From the IMG/VR virus record IMGVR_UViG_3300046777_002520, positions 32,001 to 96,000 of that record: DNA of 64,000 bases. The stretch is one strand, 5' to 3'. Below, in pieces: positions 58,486 to 64,000 of this stretch. The DNA is from a virus. The notes below the pieces were generated by a model. That model had not been told where the DNA came from. It made no database searches and was given only the letters and a program-made list of their open reading frames with translations. Numbering within the stretch: position 1 is the stretch's first letter; every line of letters starts with the position of its first letter. The position numbers and the translations under genes were made by a program.

Positions 58486-58709
58486 ACGACTGCTGCAAAA
58501 AGACTCTTGAAGAAGTTGCAGAAAAGATCAGCAAGATAAGTGAGAAGGATTTAGACTTTCCTGAAGACGCTGATCTGTCCAACGGGCCTCCTCCGATGAC
58601 TGAGGCTCAGTTTGGCATGATGAAAGCTTACATGAACGTGTTTCAAGTTCTTGAAGAAGCTGGCTTAGAGCCCGAAGCCAAAATTAAGAGGTACAGCAGC
58701 AATGGCTGA
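58482..58709 (+). CDS. Small hypothetical protein
   Basis: ATGA coupling. Confidence 0.55.
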   Translation: MNDCCKKTLEEVAEKISKISEKDLDFPEDADLSNGPPPMTEAQFGMMKAYMNVFQVLEEAGLEPEAKIKRYSSNG

Positions 58710-59619
58710 TCTAGACGCACCAGAGTTTGCACAGGGCTGGGTAAACGATCCTCCTGAAGTAGAGGCTATCGTAGCCCTGCAGCCCTACAAGACTTTCTCT
58801 GATACAGAAGCAGGCAAGTTCATGCCTGCCTCTGATCTGCCCAAAAGCGTTTACCTCTGGGACGCTGCCAGAAAGGTTTTGGGTAAACTGCTACCCCCAA
58901 GAAGCCAGGGAAAAGTGGGCAGCTGCGTGGCTTTCGGCTGCTGTAGGGCCGTCGAATACACGATGTTGGCCGAGATCGCAGCAGGCGAAAACGAAGAATT
59001 TCGTGACCTCTGCACCGAGGTTAACTATGGCGGCGGGCGTATTGAAGTAGGTAGAGGGCGTCTCGGTAGAGGCGATGGCTCTATCGGCGCGTGGAGCGCA
59101 GAGTTCGTCAAGCGCTGGGGCTCCATCGATAGAGCTGTATATGGTAAGTACGACTTGACCAAATACAGTGAAGAACGATGTAGGGCTTGGGGAGCGACTG
59201 GAGTTCCAGATGATCTTGAGCCTGAGGTCAAGAAGTATCCAGTAAGCACCATCACGCTTGTCACAACCATTGAAGAAGCTAAGAAAGCACTTGCAGCTGG
59301 CTACGGTATCTCTGTAGCTAGCGGTCAAGGCTTTACTTATACAAGAGATAGCAATGGTATATGCGCTCCCAAGGGTTCTTGGGCGCACCAGATGTGCATC
59401 TGCGGCTACACGGAGATCAACGGAAAGCTGTATTTCCGTATCGACAACAGCTGGGGCGCAGATACTCACACAGGGCCTACAGGCCCAGGTAATCCTGGTC
59501 CAGAAGGTTTCTACGCCAATGGTGACACAGTAGCCAGAATGCTTGCGCAGAAGGACTCGTTCGCTTACGCTGGCGTGAAAGGTTTCGTACCACGCAACAT
59601 TATCGACTGGTTCGTATGA
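58702..59619 (+). CDS. Papain-like (C1) cysteine peptidase
   Basis: QGKVGSCVAF (oxyanion Gln and catalytic Cys), WAHQMC (His), DNSWG (Asn). Confidence 0.85.
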   Translation: MADLDAPEFAQGWVNDPPEVEAIVALQPYKTFSDTEAGKFMPASDLPKSVYLWDAARKVLGKLLPPRSQGKVGSCVAFGCCRAVEYTMLAEIAAGENEEFRDLCTEVNYGGGRIEVGRGRLGRGDGSIGAWSAEFVKRWGSIDRAVYGKYDLTKYSEERCRAWGATGVPDDLEPEVKKYPVSTITLVTTIEEAKKALAAGYGISVASGQGFTYTRDSNGICAPKGSWAHQMCICGYTEINGKLYFRIDNSWGADTHTGPTGPGNPGPEGFYANGDTVARMLAQKDSFAYAGVKGFVPRNIIDWFV

Positions 59620-59972
59620 TGTACCCCTATCCAAAGCAGTACCCTTCAGATGCCGTCAAACTGCTCATTGACTATGTGAGCCACGGAGACGAGTTTCTGG
59701 AAAAGAAAGACGCCATCCACGCTGGCTGGGTCATATCTGGGTATGCTTTGGGCAGGATATTCGGCGGCGGTCCAGAGATCATCGGTAAGAAGTTTAGAGC
59801 AACCAAGGTTCCTGTAGCCAAGTTAAAGCGCAAGGAGTTTCTCGAAAAGCTTTCCCAGTCTGTCGCTTACGGCAGCGTGAACAAGTTCGAGCAAACCAAC
59901 CCAAGCTGCTGGTTGCACCTAAACCAATTAGCGAAAGAAATGTTAAATGTTTACAAAGAATCAGCTGGGTAA
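59616..59972 (+). CDS. Hypothetical protein
   Basis: ATGA coupling. Confidence 0.6.
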   Translation: MMYPYPKQYPSDAVKLLIDYVSHGDEFLEKKDAIHAGWVISGYALGRIFGGGPEIIGKKFRATKVPVAKLKRKEFLEKLSQSVAYGSVNKFEQTNPSCWLHLNQLAKEMLNVYKESAG

Positions 59973-60162
59973 TCATCTGATTATAGACGGTGTAGATACA
60001 CCTATAGATCACAATATTGCCCTCAGGTGGCACATGTCGCCTGAGGGCAAGTCTATTCCCACGCTGTACAAAAACGGTAAAAGAGTCACCAAAGCCTGGA
60101 CTATGGTTTACGCATATCTATCGCTAGAAGATCCGAACGGTAGCAACGCTAATACAAACTAG
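59947..60162 (+). CDS. Small hypothetical protein
   Basis: 71-aa ORF overlapping the upstream gene by 26 nt. Confidence 0.5.
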   Translation: MFTKNQLGNHLIIDGVDTPIDHNIALRWHMSPEGKSIPTLYKNGKRVTKAWTMVYAYLSLEDPNGSNANTN

Positions 60163-60167
60163 GCGTA

Positions 60168-60196
60168 TTGCTGCGACTGTCTCAATGACTTATAAT
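60168..60196 (+). promoter_or_regulatory. Sigma70-type promoter
   Basis: TTGCTG (60168-60173)-N17-TATAAT (60191-60196). Confidence 0.75.
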
Positions 60197-60202
60197 TCAA
60201 GC

Positions 60203-60446
60203 ATGTTGTGCGAAGGCACACCCAATATCCAAGCGTCGGTGGTGTCTGTTCGTTCTGCTTAGTCGAAGGTGCCGATTGGTTAGGTTTGGCTAAGTTTAGC
60301 CTTACAGGTGGACTTCTTGGACCGCAAGCCAGTAGTCAACGGTGGAGTGACACGGAGCACCTAAAACCTGTCACTGTTCCGCTTTAGCGGACACGGACTT
60401 CAGCCAGGGGATCTGAAGGGGTAGTTACAGAACAGACACCACTCGA
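60203..60446 (+). ncRNA. Candidate structured RNA (multi-branched, kissing loop), class unknown
   Basis: 13-bp perfect long-range helix 60239-60251/60430-60442 encloses five or more hairpins; loop-loop complement AGGTGC/GCACCT; no ORF of note. Confidence 0.65.
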
Positions 60447-60462
60447 AGAAAGGAACTGGGCT

Positions 60463-60801
60463 ATGGCGCACAATCACGACGAAGAGATGGCAGAGCTTAC
60501 AGACAAGCTTGTTGACGGCCTGCTCAACAACGAGGAGTTGGCCAGCATAGAAGACCAGATACAAGACGACGGAGACGTTTGTGAAAGCGATCTCAAGTCT
60601 CTTTTCCAAGACCTTATCAGTCTTCGCTACAACTACACGATGGAGATGGTGTCTAAGAACATAGCCAGCTATCTTCTCAGACCCAAGAAGACGCCAGAAC
60701 AAGCTCTTAGGGATTACAAGAAAGTTGTCTTTCTCTCAAAGTTCCTGCTAGCGGAAACGCAGAAGGCCCTCGATGACGAAAAAGAAAACTTCGAAGATTG
60801 A
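60463..60801 (+). CDS. Acidic hypothetical protein
   Basis: AAGGA RBS directly after the RNA closing stem. Confidence 0.65.
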   Translation: MAHNHDEEMAELTDKLVDGLLNNEELASIEDQIQDDGDVCESDLKSLFQDLISLRYNYTMEMVSKNIASYLLRPKKTPEQALRDYKKVVFLSKFLLAETQKALDDEKENFED

Positions 60802-60970
60802 TAGACTAGCCGCCCTTGAGAAGGAAAACGCCAGGCTGCGTAAGGCTCTGTCCAAGCTGATAAGCACCTGGCGCGATCATGATCATGTTTACGGCGAAGC
60901 TTGTTTCGACGCCTGCCAGGCTGCTAAAGCTGTTTTGGAAGGAACGAGCAACAAGCTCACAGGTCGCTGA
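60773..60970 (+). CDS. Small coiled-coil protein
   Basis: RLAALEKENARLRKAL heptads. Confidence 0.55.
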   Translation: MTKKKTSKIDRLAALEKENARLRKALSKLISTWRDHDHVYGEACFDACQAAKAVLEGTSNKLTGR

Positions 60971-60977
60971 GGTTGAG

Positions 60978-62003
60978 ATGTTTAACCCAATTCTTAGCGA
61001 TAAGACAATCGTCAAGCTGAGCCAGGCTTACGACAGCATGGCTTACAACCTGGGCGAGGCCGCCGCGCTGCTGAAAGAGGCAGCCGTTAAGACACACGCC
61101 CTGTCTGGCGAGCTGTACGGCTCCTCCAAGGGAGCCTTGCTTCTCAGCGTGCCCAACTCTCTGGTGCGAGGAGCCTTCTCAGCCCTCGATGAGAACGGCC
61201 TGGTGCTGCCCAACCAGGGCAAGTTCAACGCTCACATTATCGTCATGACGCCTGAAGAGGTGTCCAAGATCGGCGGCTTGACCAAGGTCACCGAGCGCGG
61301 CAAGCACTTCCACTATAATCTGGGACCCTTGCACGAAGGACCAGTCACCAACTCCTTTGACTTCAGCAAGGTCTGGTTTCTGTCCGTGACGAGCCCAGAG
61401 CTGGCCCAGCTCAGAAAGACGTACGGGCTGGACAGCGGACCTGGCAAGCACGGCTTCAACATCGTGGTGGCGTTGCGCAAGCTGGGCGTGCTGGGAAGAA
61501 ACGAGATCAGCAAGCTGGCTGGTGCGGATGTCCTGCCAGGCGGCAAGGCTGACGACCTGCCTGACTCCAAGTTCGACAAGAAGAAGCTGGAGCACGCGCA
61601 GAAGCATGAGATGGAACACACCAACAATCCTGCCATAGCCAAGGAAGTCGCCAAAGACCATATGGTCGAGGACCAGGATTATTACCCAAAGGTGGAAGTC
61701 ATGGAAAAGAACAAGGCAGCGGACAAGCTAATGGGCTTGCTCGCCAAGAAAGCATATGTCGGGAACGGTACGAGGCAGGAGTCAGATGCCGAAGTCGTCA
61801 CGCCTGCTGCGGAAGATATTGCTTTCCTTGGCAGTAAGCCTTCAAAGCCCGAGCCAAAGCCAGTCGATAACAACAAGAACAAAGCCAGTATTCGTAAAGC
61901 GTTTATTGAAGCGACGAAGGATACTGTTGGAGTGGACCCGTCTTTGAAGTCAGCTTCGTGGAACGAAGTTCTGCAAAAGCTGAAGGAGCTTGGCAAAAGC
62001 TGA
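60978..62003 (+). CDS. Degenerate 2H-phosphoesterase-like domain fused to a DUF5661-like module
   Basis: NAHIIVM and GFNIVVA at the two HxT positions; GGKADD...EMEHTNNPAIAKEVAKDHMVEDQDYY module. Start ATG 60978 after GAGGT. Confidence 0.5.
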   Translation: MFNPILSDKTIVKLSQAYDSMAYNLGEAAALLKEAAVKTHALSGELYGSSKGALLLSVPNSLVRGAFSALDENGLVLPNQGKFNAHIIVMTPEEVSKIGGLTKVTERGKHFHYNLGPLHEGPVTNSFDFSKVWFLSVTSPELAQLRKTYGLDSGPGKHGFNIVVALRKLGVLGRNEISKLAGADVLPGGKADDLPDSKFDKKKLEHAQKHEMEHTNNPAIAKEVAKDHMVEDQDYYPKVEVMEKNKAADKLMGLLAKKAYVGNGTRQESDAEVVTPAAEDIAFLGSKPSKPEPKPVDNNKNKASIRKAFIEATKDTVGVDPSLKSASWNEVLQKLKELGKS

Positions 62004-62028
62004 TTGAACTCTTTAAGAGGTAGACACC

Positions 62029-62469
62029 ATGATCACTCTTTCAGACGTTCGACAGAAATCTCAATACGACTGCGGTATTGTTGCCGTCAAGGTTCTGCTC
62101 AGAGCCTTGGGTAAGCGCTTGACTCCAGAGAACACCAAAGCTCTAGCTACCACGCCCATAGACGGCACGGACCCACGTGCCATCGAGGCTCTGCTAAGGA
62201 AACTGGGTTTACACGTACTCTCTGGAGAGATGACGTGGAACGACCTTGTTTACTTCACGCAGACAAGGCCTGTTATCTGTTTAATAACATATGCTGGCGT
62301 AGGGCATTGGGTTGTAGCTTCTGGTATAAAAGATGGAAAGATGCACTATCAGGACCCAAGTGAGGGTCCACTGTATGTGGGGAAAAAGAAATGGCATGAA
62401 ATGTGGCGCGACATAGACCGATTAGGTGCCGTCTATAGGCAATGGGGAATAACAGCTTGGCGCAACTAA
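62029..62469 (+). CDS. Stand-alone C39-family cysteine peptidase
   Basis: QKSQYDCG, GHWVV, QDP. Confidence 0.85.
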   Translation: MITLSDVRQKSQYDCGIVAVKVLLRALGKRLTPENTKALATTPIDGTDPRAIEALLRKLGLHVLSGEMTWNDLVYFTQTRPVICLITYAGVGHWVVASGIKDGKMHYQDPSEGPLYVGKKKWHEMWRDIDRLGAVYRQWGITAWRN

Positions 62470-62483
62470 TGGAGGTGCCAGCG

Positions 62484-63179
62484 ATGTCAAGAAAGAAAAA
62501 CCAGAAGATAGAGTTAAGCCCACCAGTCAACAATCAGCAGATAGATAAGACTGTAAACAAGTTTAACTTCACGTTCTTCAACGAGTATCAGAAGCAGGCT
62601 TGGGAGGCTATCGAGAACAACGACATCACGTTTCTTATAGGCCCAGCAGGCTGCGGAAAAACTCAAATCGCCTCTGCCTACGCAGCCAGCAGCATTCTCA
62701 AGAAGCAGCAGAGAAAGATAATACTGACCAGGCCGTGCGTGGCCACGGAGAGTCTGGGCTTTCTGCCTGGGACTGCCGACGAGAAGATAGCCCCCTACCT
62801 GGCACCTATCCTTGACTGCATCGAGATGTGTACGGGCAAGGACGGCGTGGACAGGAAGCGCATCACGGAAGCAATCGAGTTCTCGCCCATTGCTTACCTG
62901 AGAGGCAGAACCTTCTCGCACTCTGTCACCATCTGTGACGAGTTCCAGAACTGCACCTGGGAGCAGATCAAGCTGGTCCTGACCCGTATTGGGCGCAGAA
63001 CAAAGATGATCATCACAGGAGATCCTTACCAGTCGGACATCGGCAATGACTCCGGTTTGATGCCGATGGTCAACAGATTGGAAGGCATCGAGGGCTTGGC
63101 TGTTATCCATCTTCCTCCAGCCAGCATCGTGCGACACCCCATCATCACCAAGATGCTGGAGCGCATTGAACAGCCTTAA
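62484..63179 (+). CDS. phoH: PhoH-family ATPase
   Basis: GPAGCGKT, LTRP, LGFLPG...K..PY, LRGRT, DEFQN, GDPYQSD, IVRHP. Start ATG 62484 after GGAGGT. Confidence 0.95.
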   Translation: MSRKKNQKIELSPPVNNQQIDKTVNKFNFTFFNEYQKQAWEAIENNDITFLIGPAGCGKTQIASAYAASSILKKQQRKIILTRPCVATESLGFLPGTADEKIAPYLAPILDCIEMCTGKDGVDRKRITEAIEFSPIAYLRGRTFSHSVTICDEFQNCTWEQIKLVLTRIGRRTKMIITGDPYQSDIGNDSGLMPMVNRLEGIEGLAVIHLPPASIVRHPIITKMLERIEQP

Positions 63180-63190
63180 TCGGCCTGTCT

Positions 63191-63204
63191 AACACGTCAT
63201 AATC
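63191..63204 (+). promoter_or_regulatory. AACACGTCATAATC motif, copy 2
   Basis: Identical to 12016-12029. Confidence 0.55.
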
Positions 63205-63240
63205 TATTGCTACGCATATATCCATCTGCGTAGTCTGACC

Positions 63241-63290
63241 GCCAGCAAGCGGATACCTCCCAAAAGGAGTTATCCGCTTGCTGGCTTTTT
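63241..63290 (+). terminator. Strong intrinsic terminator
   Basis: 15-bp GCCAGCAAGCGGATA/TATCCGCTTGCTGGC stem, inner CTCC/GGAG pair, T5 tract. Confidence 0.85.
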
Positions 63291-63316
63291 ATTTCTTTAG
63301 CCCTTAGGAGATGCTC

Positions 63317-63442
63317 ATGTGGTTAACAGCTTTTGTGGTGGTGGTTCACTGCGCCATCGGCATGTGGCTGTACTACAGCCAGCAGCAGGACGAGATCCGA
63401 AAGGAAAAGAAATGGCGCGAGCGTTACGAGTGGCGGGACTAG
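63317..63442 (+). CDS. Small single-pass membrane protein (41 aa)
   Basis: Not in the track. AGGAG RBS; MWLTAFVVVVHCAIGMWLYYSQQQDEIRKEKKWRERYEWRD. Confidence 0.65.
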   Translation: MWLTAFVVVVHCAIGMWLYYSQQQDEIRKEKKWRERYEWRD

Positions 63443-63603
63443 TCGTAATTCTCATTTTGACGGGGTGTCGCACCTGCGCGCCCCGTCATTGTTTCAAGCC
63501 CTCCCCTCTCAAGGTGGAGGTTGAGGCCTCGTACAAGTACGAGGACGGAACCGTTACTGTCCGTATGGGAAGGGAGTTTACACGTGAGTTTCAGACGAGA
63601 TAG
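63412..63603 (+). CDS. Small lipoprotein
   Basis: AAGGA RBS; MARALRVAGLVVILILTG-C lipobox. Confidence 0.6.
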   Translation: MARALRVAGLVVILILTGCRTCAPRHCFKPSPLKVEVEASYKYEDGTVTVRMGREFTREFQTR

Positions 63604-63931
63604 AGATGACAGGAACTGGGTCACGAGTTTTAAGAAAGAAGAGCTGGAGAAAATAGCGCAGCTGGCTCTTCATCGAGCCAAGATAGGCGAAATGAGCGAT
63701 TCAGCGCTTATAAAGTTCGTGGCTGAGATTGCCGTAGGGAAGGTTAAAAACTTCTGCTACAACCTTACAGTCCTCGGTAGAGGTGCCAAAACCGATGATG
63801 ACGAACTTATTCTCCATCTAACAGAAGGAGAAGAAGATCTTGGGTTCTTGCAGGACATGTGCAACGACATACTCGTCAAAAGGAAAGTGTGGCGAAAGGC
63901 GCTAACCGACGCTATCAACGCTAAGGAATAA
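63584..63931 (+). CDS. Hypothetical helical protein
   Basis: GTG 63584 after GGGAG; ends TAA 63931. Confidence 0.55.
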   Translation: MSFRRDRDDRNWVTSFKKEELEKIAQLALHRAKIGEMSDSALIKFVAEIAVGKVKNFCYNLTVLGRGAKTDDDELILHLTEGEEDLGFLQDMCNDILVKRKVWRKALTDAINAKE

Positions 63932-64000
63932 TTATGCGCGATAACTGGCTGATTCATTTCTGTTGGACGTGGGCTATCTTTATTTGGGCAACTTTTTTTA

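Noticed and set aside
60203-60446. Assignment as a cobalamin riboswitch, group I intron, tmRNA or 6S RNA
   Set aside because: Only fragmentary resemblance (CAGCCAGGGGATCTG versus the B12 box). Conserved cores are absent and the architecture is multibranched, not a 6S rod.
63319-63411. Track start GTG 63319 for the 94-aa ORF
   Set aside because: A better-supported ATG 63412 has an RBS and a lipobox, and the upstream bases encode a separate TM ORF in another frame.

Overview
This 64-kb window looks like part of a large tailed dsDNA phage genome. All supported genes lie on the + strand, densely packed and often overlapping. No tRNA, rRNA, CRISPR array or integrase was seen. A Planctomycetota host is inferred from the recalled sequence style of several genes. 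Layout: (1) 0.1-12 kb, recombination/replication genes (divergent RecA/UvsX, ThyX, DnaQ-type exonuclease, RuvC, acyl carrier protein, degenerate PolB-type exonuclease); (2) 12-13 kb, a small self-contained cassette; (3) 14-16 kb, a probable portal; (4) 16-25 kb, glycan cluster I (Maf-like, GT8, GT2, GT4, SAM methyltransferases, CMP-Kdo synthetase, cupin); (5) 25-29 kb, HNH and endonuclease VII genes plus a large virion-like protein; (6) 29-47 kb, Gly-X-Thr collagen-like fibre genes, LamG-like proteins and a YkgJ protein; (7) 47-57 kb, glycan cluster II; (8) 57-64 kb, membrane proteins, papain-like and C39 peptidases, a candidate structured RNA, a degenerate 2H-phosphoesterase fusion, PhoH and a small membrane/lipoprotein cassette. 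Top leads: a ~245-nt multi-stem RNA with a kissing loop behind a sigma70 promoter; three fibre genes apparently split twice at the same point of one domain; a virion O-glycosylation/methylation system; a 425-nt dual-coding overlap with a candidate +1 frameshift; twin 37-bp palindromes; and a shared 14-mer promoter motif. All family assignments come from motif recognition by eye; no database search was run.
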